This document shows positions 12,420 to 25,400 of a stretch of DNA of 44,070 nucleotides, piece by piece. The stretch covers positions 525,974 through 570,043 of the forward strand of contig BCKZ01000018.1 in assembly GCA_001600815.1 (NCBI GenBank). The letters are read 5' to 3'. Made by a program: the position numbers and the translations under genes. The notes under the pieces were generated by a model that made no database searches, was not told the DNA's origin, and worked only from the letters and a program-made list of their open reading frames with translations. Source of the DNA: Alloascoidea hylecoeti. Its lineage: Eukaryota. The first letter of the stretch is position 1, and each line of letters opens with the position of its first letter.

Positions 12420-12720
12420 ATTAAATGAAGTATATTGATCTTATCTTAAGCTTGAACATTTCAAGCTTGTCATCAGGTTGCTCTTCAAATGGACCCAAAT
12501 CATAGCTCTTATACAACTTTGGAACGATAAGCTGATCCGAGACAGTATCAATATCCTCAATGGTGTGAGGAACAGTTTACAGCAGCTGAAGGCTCTCTCA
12601 CTTGCTGATGAAGAGGATTGCACAGCTAGCAAACGCCATGCAAGAATTGACAGTGTAGGAAATGTTTGGTCAATGGATTTCCAGAATACTAATAAATTTG
12701 TTAATATTCCTATGTAGAAG
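12420..12720 (-). mobile_element. hAT-superfamily transposase relic (C-terminal dimerisation domain)
   Basis: Minus-strand translation LLVFWKSIDQTFPTLSILAWRLLAVQSSSSASERAFSCCKLFLTPLR matches the hAT consensus L.WW....FP.L..LA..LL....SSA.SER.FS. There is a stop upstream and a probable frameshift downstream. Confidence 0.8.
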
Positions 12721-12858
12721 TTTCAGTTGGCGTTTCAAAGTTACCCTGACATCGAGGTGATTAGCTTAAAGTTTAAGGTAAGGTTATACTTCCTCCAACT
12801 TTCTTCTGGTCTAGTATATAAAAACTGGTAAAAAAACAAATTTGAACTATATAACCAT

Positions 12859-13833
12859 ATGATGCGCCATTCCCAAAATGACAGTACGTTTCCTCCTTTC
12901 CTTTATTAGAGACAGAATTTTCTATCCTAATATGTTTTTTGTCGAAATCAAACATGGAGTACTAATACACGGTCGTACCTCTTTTTAGATATACCATCTC
13001 ATGGTATTAGTAAACGCACTCAAAGACGACAAGCTATTTCATACCGTTTGGATTTATTATCTGACACATTTGTAAATGAGAGAGATCATCATTATCGAAA
13101 TATGCTACATCAATTACAGTGGACACTGGCCACGATACATCAGGGGACAAATACAGATTTTATCGAAAATCTAACCGACCTGGAAGAGAATCGAGATGAA
13201 GAACTCCTACGATTGAGCTTACAGGAAAAATATGAACGAGAGTGCGTGGAAAGGGAATTTCAACTCTCTGTTGAGCAAATAAATGAAGAACATGATCGAA
13301 TAATAAAATTGGCAAAGGAGAAATTGTACGGAAAATTAGAAAGACAAATCAAAAGACACAAGGAAGATAAGGCTCTTATTGATGTTGCAAATGATCATTC
13401 CTACTTTTTAAATAGTAGCTATTCATCAAGGTCAAATGGAAACACAAGTGAAACACCTGGTTCGCCTAAACTATCATCATTCTATTCTCATGAAAGACGT
13501 AATTTAAGAAAAAGAGGACTAGGAGGTTTAAGTAGTAACTATGATGATTCGGGAGATGGTGGATCTTCATCCAAACAGAGACGAACCCGTAGAACTAATG
13601 GATATCAAAGTGGTACTGGTGGGGGTAGTGGTCACAATAATAGCGAACACGATGATTTTATTAGTGATCATGATAGTATCGGGGAATTGCTCTTTGGAGA
13701 GACAAAACAAACATCTACCAGGAATAAGGTATCCCAAGGCGTTTCAAGTTTAAAGTCAGAGGACGTTGATTATGATATACAATTAATGAAATCCGCGATT
13801 GCTTCCATTAAAGGTATTCCTCATACAAAATGA
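12859..13833 (+). CDS. SDS3: Rpd3L histone deacetylase complex subunit Sds3; exons 12859-12883 and 12989-13833
   Basis: ERDHHYRNMLHQLQ..L..IHQG.N....LTDLEENRDEELLRL and LIDVANDHSY match Sds3. Intron 12884-12988 (GTACGT/TACTAAT/TAG, phase 1) joins MMRHSQND to NIPSHGISKRTQRRQAI in frame. Confidence 0.88.
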
Positions 13834-14246
13834 CTGCATCTGAAATTGATTACAATTATAATATATGATAGAGACATAAACTTACACATTACATAAAACA
13901 TTAGGAAAATATATGAAATTCTGGATATTTCTAACACTAGTTTATATTTAAAAGTCATATAGTTATACCATTTGAATTACATGTTTATCAATTAGATATA
14001 GATTTAAAAATGTTGATCATGATCAAGTATGAATAAAATTTCAAGTAATGTATTATGGGACCTAATTATAACCGAATACCACATGTCGTATGGGACTCAA
14101 ATCCGGTGCGAAAAGATCCAAACCTCCAAAATATATTGTATTTAGGGTACAAACCGCGAGCAAACATGCATCATAAAAACCACAAAACTAAAACATTTTT
14201 TAAAATTTAACAAAATTATTTATTGTTAATATAAAAGGTAATCATC

Positions 14247-14444
14247 TTATATGAGATGCAGGAGAATCCGGTACCGGTAATTTTTCTTGAAGATTTTACA
14301 AGCATTTGAACATCGTGTAATCAATATCGTAAAAGTGGAGGCCATCATGATTTCATCAATGTTAAGACTAGATACAATCTTAGCAACCCTCTTCACACAT
14401 AAGTTGACTCCATGACTAGAATATGGCCCGTTTGAGTTTTCCAA
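14247..14444 (-). mobile_element. Possible second hAT transposase fragment (degenerate CxxH region)
   Basis: PYSSHGVNLCVK resembles the hAT C-x-x-H-x-x-NL motif with a C>Y change (TGT>TAT), followed by LITRCSNACKIFKK. Confidence 0.4.
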
Positions 14445-14480
14445 TTTATTAAGAATTGTATGTGATATGAAGAGAAAAAG

Positions 14481-14620
14481 TACTTTGCGTTAATATCGAC
14501 CACTTGTCGACCTATATTCGCACATATTTTAGCTTATTGATTCGACCGTGATACACTAAACTAAATATTCGGCCAAACCTTGGATTAATATTAGACCATC
14601 CCCATTTAAGTTATCGACCA
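14481..14620 (-). repeat. Dispersed repeat family A, copy 1
   Basis: Reverse complement tgtgcgaatataggtcgacaagtggtcgatattaacgcaaagta is similar to tgggcgaatatattgaccaacaagtggccgctactaacacaaagta at about 27335-27380; both copies also share tggccgaatattta. Confidence 0.65.
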
Positions 14621-15501
14621 TCTTGCACTAATTTTCACATATACTTAAAGACGAAATACATGTTGATATGTAGCCGGTTTACATTGGATTCAATTTTTTC
14701 CTGATGCCAGCGATGGCGATGGATAGGTGCACTATCTACTATAACGTATTTCTTTTAGTCGATTCATATTACAATAATTCCACTTAGCTAGTCATCGGCA
14801 ATAACCAATTTTCTGCTGCGTTATTATGAACCGCGACCTACATATGGTACATAGTCAATAAATAGCCAATTACTTATATCGTTTCAAACAAATAGGACTC
14901 TCCAAGATGCAGATCTTACTTACTCTGTTGTTTCCGGAGTTTCACTCCAACACTTGAGCTTTAAATTTGTTCTTGATCTTAAAATGTAACACCACAATAC
15001 ACAAAATTGCATGGTGACTTCTAAATATACACTTAATAACGGCCATTTAATATACTAAATATTCAGCATTCATTTCTCATACTTAGGTCATCTTATTTTG
15101 AATCTTAAAACATTGATTCAAATAACTTAAAAATCAAATATAATATTAATATAATATATATAAGCTTAACTTTTTTAAATTTTCTAAATAACAGAAAATA
15201 TAATTTTTTTAAAAAACAAATATGAAGATGTAAAATATAAAATAAAAAAAACCCCCATATACTAATAATTAATTAATGCTTTTAATATGCTTTCTTTCTT
15301 TCTTTAATTCTTTCTTTCTTTTTTTTTTTTTTTTTGACCCTTTCCTCATGACACATAAAAAATAAAACAAATAAACAATATTAAAAAATAAATAAAAAAA
15401 AGATATCCTTCTTATTAATCGAGAAAAATATCATTAAGTGAAATAACTAATAAAATAAAATAAAATAAAATGACCATGTTAATTCTTAACCCCAATCGCA
15501 A

Positions 15502-16603
15502 TTACCAACCTCTCATATGATAATCAATTCCACCAGCCTCAAAATTTCCGAAATCTTCATATATTCTACCATCAGTATCTCTAAAACCAGCTTTAAAACC
15601 AGAATCTCTTCGTAAACCTAATTCCAACAATTCATCATCATCATCATCAATTTCTTCATCTTCTTTATCATTATTATTTTGATTATGATTATGATTAGGT
15701 ATAATATTATCAATTGGATTACTTCTTGTTCTTTGTAAATTATTAAAATTCGATGTTTTATGTTGATTATTATTATTTAAACTATTATGATGATTTTGAT
15801 TTAATAATTGATGTAATTGTGTTGAACTTTTTGTTTTAATTCTTGTTTGTTTTCTTTCAGCTAATAAACTTTCACGAATAGATTTTGATAATTCAGAATT
15901 TAATAACTGTCTTCTTGCTGTCCTTGGTGATAATGACATTATTGTTGTTTTTAAATTTTCATTCCCATTTCCACTATCATTCACATTTATATTATGATTT
16001 GAATTTTTAATTGGGGATGATTTTGAATTTATAGATTGAATATTTGAAACAACTTTAGTTAATTTATTATTTGATGTTGAATCAGATGATTGATTTTGAT
16101 CTTGAATTTGTAAAGAATATTCATTTTCATTAATTGGACTTTTTGCTAATAAAATAGGATTTTGAAAAACATGAGTTGTTAAAGCAGTTGGTAATAAATT
16201 TTGTGCAGCTAATGGTACATGGGAAGTACTTTTTTTTCTAAACATATCTGGTTTAATCATATTAACATTAATATTTGAATTATTATTATGATTTGAATTA
16301 TTATGATTTGAATTAAAATATGATTTATCAATAATATTATTTGAATTATGAGGATTTGGATTTGAATTTGCTTTTGTCATTGATAAATTTAAATTATTTT
16401 TTTTATTACGATTTGTTAAATATGTTAAACCAAGTACTGAATTTGATAATACATTAACAGTACCATCTTTAAAACTTTTAACTCTTTGTAAAAAAGGAGA
16501 TTGAGGAGGTTGTGGTGATTTTACATCATTATTCGTATCATTTTTATTATCATTTTTATTACTTTCATTTGAAAGTATATTTGTTGTTGAATTTGAATTA
16601 TTA

Positions 16604-16643
<40 letters not shown>

Positions 16644-18612
16644 CAAGAAATGTATTTGATACTAAAACATTTGATAAACTTGTTGAAGTAGTTGGATCAG
16701 CTCTTCCAATATTTGGGCCATTATTTCCCCCACCATTTCCATTTAAATTAATATCATCATCATCATCATTATTATTATTATTTTTTAAATAATTAATTGT
16801 TTTTGATCTCATTAATGGTGGTAACATTCCAATATTATTTGGACTTACTTGAGTTGATTTACTTGCAATAATTTTTGCTTTTAAATCTAATTTTTTTGAA
16901 ATTTGATTTTCATTATTTAAATTTTGAACAATTGATGCCGTTGTATCATTATTTTGATGATTTTGTTGTTGTTTTGTTGATAAATTTGATAAAAATAATG
17001 ATGATAATCCAGATGTTTTAATACATGAATTTGAATTTATTAATTTTTTTGGTCTTTCATCATCTTTTATAAAAATTAATTTTGATTTTGAATTTCCTTT
17101 ATTTTTACTATTATTATTAATTATAAAAGAATCAGAATCAGATTCTTCAGATTCAGAAACTGATGACCAAGAACTTTCAGATTCATCTTCATCTTCATTT
17201 GTTGTTGGTTTATCAACTGTTGAATTACTACTTGAACCTTGTGGATTATTATTTGTGTTTTGATGTGCGGTTGAATTTGAGTTTGTGGTTGGGTTTTGTG
17301 TTTGAGGATGTATTATAGTAGATTGTGTTTGTGTTAAAGATTTTAAAGGTGATTGATTTTTTTTAAATAAAGTAGATTTTAAAGAATTTGTTGATATTGC
17401 TTCAGGACTGGGAGAACTTTCAATAAAAAATATTTTATCTTTTGATTTAATAGGTTGTTGATTTTTAATATTAGATTGTGTAGTTTGAGTTTGAATTTGT
17501 GGTTTTGTAGTTGAAGTCATTGTTAAATTTTGTAAAACATTACGACGACGATTTGATCTAATTGGTAATTTTTGCACTTGTAATTGATGTAATTGTTGTT
17601 GAGATTTAAATTTTGGAATTTGTTTAATATTTCCATTTCCATTTCCAATTATACTTGTACTTGTACTTGTACTTGGATTTGGATTTATATTTGAAGTCGA
17701 TTCATTTAATTGTGTTTGTGATTTTGATTTTGATCCAGATGTAAAATCATTTAAATTATTATTATGACCATTCAAATTAATTTTACTGCGTGATACAGAA
17801 ATATGATCAGGATCAAAACCTCTAACTTTTGAAGTAGTTCTTTTTAACAAAGGTCTTGAAAATTGTTGTGATTGTTTTTGTGGAGAATTTGAATCAGATA
17901 AAGAATTTGAATTTGAACTTGAAGAAGAAAATGAAGATTCTGATGATGATGATGAATGATTTGGTCCATGATATCCAAAAGCATATCGTGGAGCTGGTTG
18001 AAATAAATCTTTTGAATTAATAGGTTTTGATTTTTTTTTCATATTTGTATTTAAATTTGTAGAAGTATTTAAATTTCTTTTTGTATTTGTGGGTTGTATA
18101 GTTATCGGTATATCCGATTCCGATTCCGAATCATAACTTGAACTACTTGTACTGACAATACTTTTTGCAATAGAAATATTTGAATTTTTAGATTTCTTAA
18201 TATTAATATTAATATTATTATTATTATTATTGTTATTGTTATTGTTATTATTATTATTAATGGTATGATCATTTTTAAATAAAGATTGTTTTGAGCGAGT
18301 ATTACTAGGAATATTATTTTTATTATGTACAGGTATATTAAAATCCCCACCGGGACCTTCAAAACATTGCAATAGCCATTTTGCAGAAACTTTAGTATCT
18401 TGATGGTTTTGCTGATGTCTCGCTAATAATCTCCAGCATAAATTTTCAATTCTTTTACCGTTTTCCATTAAATGAGAACAATGTAATAAAGCAAGGGATA
18501 ATGAGCCAATAAAATTGGGATCCGGAGCAAGCATAGAGTGAGGCTTTGAAGAGCCAAAGGAATTTTGATGAGCGATGCCCAAATGAAGTAGAGGGCCACT
18601 TCGCTTTTCCAT
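15502..18612 (-). CDS. MKS1: Mks1-like regulator of retrograde/nitrogen signalling, with Asn/Ser-rich expansions
   Basis: First ATG at 18612. Contains GKRIENLCWRLL (DUF1752-type), VRGFD, KIFF, SGLSSLFLS, SHVPLAAQNLLPTALTTHVF (Mks1 motif) and C-terminal SPRTARRQLL.SELS...DYHMRGW (DUF3295-type). Syntenic with APJ1/MLF3/MSK1. Confidence 0.85.
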
Positions 18613-18721
18613 TTGTGAAGATGTCGGAGGATTACCAGGAAGTTCGGGGAAAAGAAGGCAAAAATTTAATAGAAAGGGAAAAGATGGGGGTGTTGCTTGG
18701 GCGGGTGCGTGGGTGTTCTGC

Positions 18722-18760
18722 GTCACGTGGGCGTGCTGGGTTGCGGGCAGCAATTTTTCA
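18722..18760. promoter_or_regulatory. Cbf1-type E-box (GTCACGTG) and RRPE-like element (CAATTTTTCA) in the MKS1/RRT14 divergent promoter
   Basis: GTCACGTG at 18722-18729; reverse-strand TGAAAAATTG at 18751-18760, just upstream of a ribosome-biogenesis gene. Confidence 0.5.
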
Positions 18761-18794
18761 CGGCGCAGGTTTTACAGAGTGGCAGCACTGAAAC

Positions 18795-19121
18795 ATGAAC
18801 AGGACACAAAACACGGTAGCCAAATTTCTGGCGGAGGTTCTCCCCGAGAGCGCGTCGACGGGAGCGAAGGTCGTGAAGGTCGTGAAGGTCGTGAAGGTCG
18901 CACGGAGAGCCAAGCAGCGAGAACGGAGGCGGAGACGAGAGATCCGGGAGGCCGAGGAGCAGATCCAGCGGGCGGTGGAGGGGCGAGGCCGGGGCCAGGG
19001 CCAGGGCGAGGCCGGGGTGGAGGAAGCAGTTGGGCGACTACGTGGGCGGGCGTCGGTGGACGCGGACGAAGCGATCGGACGGATGCGAAGGGAGCTGCTG
19101 GGGGGGCGGACGGGGCAGCAG

Positions 19122-19159
<38 letters not shown>

Positions 19160-19262
19160 CAAAACACAGAGGACGACCGGCCTGACGACCGGCCTGACGA
19201 CCGGCCTGACGCCTGGTTTGGCACCCGTTGGCGACAGCGACAGCGACAGCGACAGCGACTGA
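18795..19262 (+). CDS. RRT14: Regulator of rDNA transcription Rrt14, strongly GC-shifted and repeat-expanded
   Basis: N-terminal TVAKFLAEVLP and C-terminal GLTPGLAPVG plus acidic/Ser tail are the Rrt14 signatures. It has an ATG start, an upstream RRPE, and lies next to TAO3 as YIL127C lies near YIL129C. Confidence 0.82.
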
Positions 19263-19411
19263 CTTTTCGTGCTATTCTATGCCTATGCTACTTAGTAAGA
19301 TAACAAGATAACCTCCGTGCACCTCTAGCCCTCAGTCTTTGTTTTGTAAAGGAGAAGCTCCGTAGAACCCAAGCACCGACCCCAAGCACCGACCCCGACC
19401 GGCAAGCAGGA

Positions 19412-22400
19412 ATGTACGAACCCTCGCCCCCCCTCTATTCCCCCGTGCAGCTGGTGGGACGCCCTCCCACGGAGCTCAAGTCTCCGGCGGAGTACACCCT
19501 CCACATTCTGTTCACCCAGGTACGTCCATCTTCCATGCCCTCTCTTGGCCATCAGTCTACCACCATCTAACAAGTAAACAGTTCGTCAGATACGCCGAAC
19601 GGAAACTCACTCTTTGCCTGAACTCCCCCATCGACGAGTCTCCCATCGCCAAACTCATAGCCCAAGGCGTGGACCCCCAGTTCGACAAGATCATCGCCTC
19701 GCTGGGCTACGTTGCCCGCCAGAAGCCTAAGCCTGTCATCGACTCCGTCATGTTTTGGCGGAAATCCAAATCTGAAGTCGCTGCAATGGCTGCTTCTGTC
19801 GCCGAAAAAGCGGTTATCCAAGCGAGGGAAGCAAGAAAATCCCTATTACATATAAATTCTTCAAACGCTTCCTCAAATAATAGTTCAAGCAGCATATCCC
19901 ATAAAAGAAATAATTCAAACAAAAGTTTTAACATAAACAACTCTTCAACAATGGATAATAAAAGTGTTGATGAATTACTAGAATCTCATATTGAACAAAC
20001 TAAAAAAATTGCCCTTGATGCTGAAAAGAAATCTCTTGTTTCTATTTATATTTTATGTCGAGTATTAATTGAAATCGTTAAACAAACTCCTCCTGATGTC
20101 TTAGGTGATGATTTAAGAGAAAAATTAGAAGAGATTGTCTTCACCCAGTTGAGAACTACTGATCCAATAGCAATTTCGGTTTCTGTTTTAAGAGCTGAAA
20201 ATTGGAATTTATTTTGTGATCTACTAGGTTATATGAGTGAAAAAAAATTCTTAAGTGTTTCTGATAGATTTATTGAATCTTTGGAAAAAATACCTGAAAA
20301 TATATCAAAAGATGATGCTATTCATATACATGTGTTAATTCATGGTATGAGAAAATTAAGATTATCGGTTTATCCAATTTTAGAAGAATCTGCTGAATTT
20401 ATTGAATCAATTGCTAAATTTTTTAAAAAAACTAAAAATGATCATTTATTAATTGCCTATTGTGAAACTTTATCTTACATGTTATTACCAATTGCTGAAG
20501 TTATAACTGCTGAAGCAAATCATCCAACTTGGGTTACTGCAATAAACAATTTATATGAAAAAGGAATTGATATAATAAATAATGGTAAAATAAAATCTCA
20601 AATTGCTTCAATTAAATTAATTTCTTCAACTTTAAGTGTTTCATCAAAAGATTTATTTACTCCAAATTGGTTAAAATTTATTGAAAATAATTATAATAAA
20701 TTTAAATCAAAATTTTATAAAAATGATTTTATTAATTTAATTTGTCAATTTATTTGGGTTTTAATGTTTAGATGTTCTGAAACTTTAAATAATCAATCAA
20801 GAAAATTAGATATTATTTTTACAAAAATTTTATTTCCAATAAATTCAAAAAAACAATGGATAACAAATGAAATTAATTTATTAATTCCAACTATTCAATT
20901 AATTCGTTTTATATCTTTTAATAATTTACATTATATTATTGATAATGTTATAACACCAATGTTACAATCAAATATTATTATGAATAATCAATTAAATCAA
21001 CAATCAATTTTAGAAAATATATCACAAGAAAAATTAATTATTTCAATTAGATCATATATTGAAATATTAATTGATTTACAATTAAGAAAAAGACCACATT
21101 TCCCAACTGAAATTTTATTAAATGAATATAAAAAAGATTATTTAAATTTTAATTATCAATTTCATCATAATATTTCTTCTGATACATCAAAAATTGAAGA
21201 ACTTGATAATGATAATGATATTGATAATGATGATTTATTATCTCATTATTTTATACCAATTGGTACATTTCATCAAGATTTTTGTCTTATATTTGAAAAA
21301 TTATTTTTAATTTTAGATGTATCAATTGGTAATTCATTAAATTCAAATTCAAATGAAATTTCACAACAACAACAACAACAACAACAATCAAAAACTCAAT
21401 CAACTATATCAAGTCTTGGTTTTCATTTTGGTTCAAGTAATAGTAATAATGATCAATCATCAATTTTAAAATCAAATAATAAAAAAATTTTAAATTATGA
21501 ATTATTTGCAAATTTAATTTATTCAATTCCATGGTGTTTACCACAATCAATTCCATATCCTAAACTTATTGAAGTATTATGTAGAAATTCAATTCATAAA
21601 GATTTAAAAATTTCAAAATCTTCAATAAATTCATTAAAAATTTTAGCTAGAAGATCAAATGCAAGAATTTTAATTAATACATTTGCAAGATTTTCATTTG
21701 ATTTTGATGAAAAATCTTGGATTCATTATGATGCTTCATATTTTACATCAAATAAATTTATATCTTTATTAAAATTATATGTTGATTTATTATATATTTG
21801 GTTAGATTCATTTAAAAAAAAAACAAAAAAAGAATTAAAAGAACAATTACAACAACAACAACAATTAAAATTAAATATTTATAATCATTCAAATTCTTTA
21901 TCTGAAACAAATAATAATAATATAAATAGTAATGGTAAAGAAATTGATAATAAATCTGGTGAATTAGAATGGAAAAATATTATAACAGTTATTGAAGAAG
22001 TTGAAGGAAATGGTTTATTTTTTTTATGTTCACAAGATTGTACAATTCGAAAATTAGCAATATCAATTTTAAAATTAACTTCTGATTTTGATTTAGCTAT
22101 AAAAGAAAGTACTGAATTAAAATATAAAAATATAAATTCAATTAAAGAAGAAAATGAAATTGAAAATGAAATTGAAAATGAAAATGAAAATGAAATTAAA
22201 ATTTCAACAACAACTACAAAAACAACAACAACAACAACAACAACAACAATAAATTCTGATATAACAACAACACCTGGAAATTCTTCAACAACAACAACTA
22301 TAAATTCAAAATTAGGTCATTCAAGAAAACCTTCTGTTTTATTTGCTGAAAAAGGTACAAGATTAGTAAGTATATTTGAATCTTTAGATTATATGGAATT

Positions 22401-25400
22401 ATTACCTGTTTTACCAAGTGATTTAAGTGGTGCAGAAAGACAAAGATTATCAAAATTACATGGAAAGAGAAAAGATTTACTTTTAAAATTAGCAGAATCA
22501 GATTATGGAGTTGATTCTGCTTTATGGTTTAGAGTATTTCCAAAATTATTAACCGTTTGCTTTAATACATGTCCAATGGCAATGGCATTATGTAGAGATA
22601 TTGTTTGTGTTAGATTAGTTCAAATGCATGAATCAATAATTCAATTTGCAGAATCTGAAAAATTAACAACAAGTTCAAATTTAAGAAATAATTTAATAAC
22701 AACAACACCACCAGAAATATTAATTGAACAATGGAAATTATATTTAATTGTTGCTTGTGTTACTGTTACTTCAACTGGTGAACAAAAAATGCATTTACCA
22801 AAAAATTCTAATAATAATAATCATGGTAGAAAAAAATCATTACAAATGTTTACAGTTCAATATCAAAAAATAACATCTGCAAGATCTATATTTATAATGG
22901 TTATACCATTATTAAAATCAGAACATTCAATTGTTAGAGATGCTGTTGTTTCTGCAGTATCATCAATAAATATTAATATTTTTAAAACATTAATTGAATG
23001 TATTGAACCAATTATTTTAAAATGGAAAAATAATATTTATAATAATAATAATTTAAGAAATATTCAAACATTAAATAATAAAATTGATGGAAGATTAAGA
23101 ATTGAATTAACAAATATTTTAAATTCAACAAGTCATTTTTTAAAAAATGAAATTATATATAATGATAATTGGATTTTAAAACAATTAATTTCATTTATAA
23201 AAGATTTAAAATATTTTTTATCACAAAGATTAATTCAATATGATATTGAATATCAAAAATTAAGAAGATATTTTTGTGGTTTATTAGAAAATATTTATAT
23301 TAGTATTAATTTATCAATTAATAAAAAAAATTGGTTACCATTTGAAGGTAGAGTTGCATGTTTTACATTTTTAGAAGAATGGTGTGAACATGGACAATTT
23401 GCAAGTTCTGCTCAAGATAGATATGATTATATGCAAGGGAAACCTGCTTCAAGAATTGAAGCTGGGATGATTAATGCTTCAATCGAATTTGAAAGATCTT
23501 CTTTAGAATATGCTGCTATTAAATGTATGGCTGTTTTATGTGCTGGTCCATTGGTAAAAGAAATTGAATCAACTGATGAAAATGAAAAAATTGAAAAAAT
23601 TGAATCTAATTCTGAATATTTATCTTTTGATATACCTGGTTTAACAGTTTGGTTAAAATCAGTTATTGGTTCAAAAGAAAAAATTCAAAGATTAGGTAAA
23701 AAAGCCCTAATGAATTTATTAAAAGAAAATCCAACTCAATTACAATTTTTTGAAACAATTATATCACAATGTTATGATGATAATAATTCAACAATTGGTG
23801 GGAAATATTTTTTAGTTATATCTGATTTATTAATTAAATTTCCAAATTATCCAATTAAAATTTGTCAAGTTTTTGCATTAGGATTATTTAAAATTGGTGA
23901 TTCAAATTTTGAAGTTAGACAACAAGGTTTTAAATTATTAGAATCAATGGAAAAAAGATTTTGGGGTACAAATTATATTCATGAATTTGAAGTTACTATT
24001 TGTAGTCATTCATTAGCTGTTTATAAAAGATCAATGTTTAATATTTCAACTAGATTTGCAACAGAATATTCAAACGAAAATTATCAAATAATTTCTGAAT
24101 TAACTAAATATTTTCATGTTGTTAGTGATAGATCAAGAAAAGATTTATTAACTGTTTTATTACCTTGGGTTCATACTGTTGAATTAAAAACTGAAGATGG
24201 TTGGAATAAATATCATGCAAATACAATGATGGTTTTAAATAATTTATTTGAAATTACAATTAGATTTGGTGATGTTATTCAAAATGAAGTTGAAGCTCTT
24301 TGGGTTGCTTTAGCCTATGGTGGTAGTCCTGAAAATCTTCAAATAATTTTAGATTTTATAATTCGAAGTAGTTTAGAATTAAAAAATCCAACATTTGTTG
24401 AATATGGAAGACAAGTAATGGTTTATTTAGCAATGGCTCCAGGTGGTACTTCATTAATGGATACTCTTTTAACTTATTTAGAACCAAGAGAAATGATTCC
24501 TCCACAACCAAATGATCGTCATTTACCAGATCAAAATCCTGAAGATATTGATGAATCAAATAAATTACCTTATATTGCAAATTTAACAAATGTTTTAAAT
24601 CATCCTGCAAAAGAAAATTTCTTTTCTCATGGTCAATTGGCATTAATTTTTTTGGTTGATATTTTTACAGTATCAAATGATGTAATGGGGAATAATTTAC
24701 CTTTATTATTACATGTTTCATTTGTTTTATTTGATCATTATTTACCAATAGTGCAAAATCAAGCTGCTGCAATGTTAATACATTTAATCCATGGTTTAAC
24801 AACTCCTGATGAACCTGCTTCTGTAGAAGCAATTAAAATGATTAAAAAACATAGTATAAAAACACCAATTTGGACTTATGATGATTTAAATAGTGAGAAG
24901 AATGGTATTAAAACCCCAAAAGATATGGATGATCTTGTTAAAAAAGTTTTGGAAGCTTTTGCTTCAACTGTACCAGATTTACGTGAACAATGGAGTCATG
25001 TTTCATTAACTTGGGCCACAACCTGTGCTGTTCGTCATATAGCATGTCGATCATTCCAGTTATTTAGGTCTTTATTGACTTATCTAGATCAATCAATGTT
25101 AAAAGATATGCTTCATAGATTATCAAATACAATTTCGGATGAAACTTCGGATATTCAAGGATTTTCAATGCAAATCTTAATGACTTTACATACAGTTACA
25201 ACTGAGCTTGATTCTGAAAAATTAATTGATTTCCCTCAATTATTTTGGACTTCTGTTGCTTGTTTAAGTACTGTTTGTGAACAAGAATTTATCGAAGTAT
25301 TAAATATTTTGGAAAAATTTGTTTCAAAAATTGATTTAGATACAGCAGAAACAGTATCTTGTTTAATATCTACTTTCCCTGCAGAATGGGAAGGTAAATT

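Noticed and set aside
18713..19303. Overlapping ORFs 18713-19303(+), 18758-19162(-) with poly-Cys, and 18772-19224(-) with poly-Ala
   Set aside because: These are alternative readings of the GC-rich, stop-poor RRT14 microsatellites; no family motifs.
19279..19328. Extra TAO3 upstream exon via a 34-nt GTAAGA...TAG intron
   Set aside because: It is in frame, but the intron is very short with a poor branch site and adds no recognisable residues.
8720..19710. Alternative yeast genetic code (CUG-Ser or CUG-Ala)
   Set aside because: CTG encodes conserved Leu in TOP2 (ELILFS, QRKVLFG) and TAO3 (LHILFT, ASLGY), consistent with the standard code.
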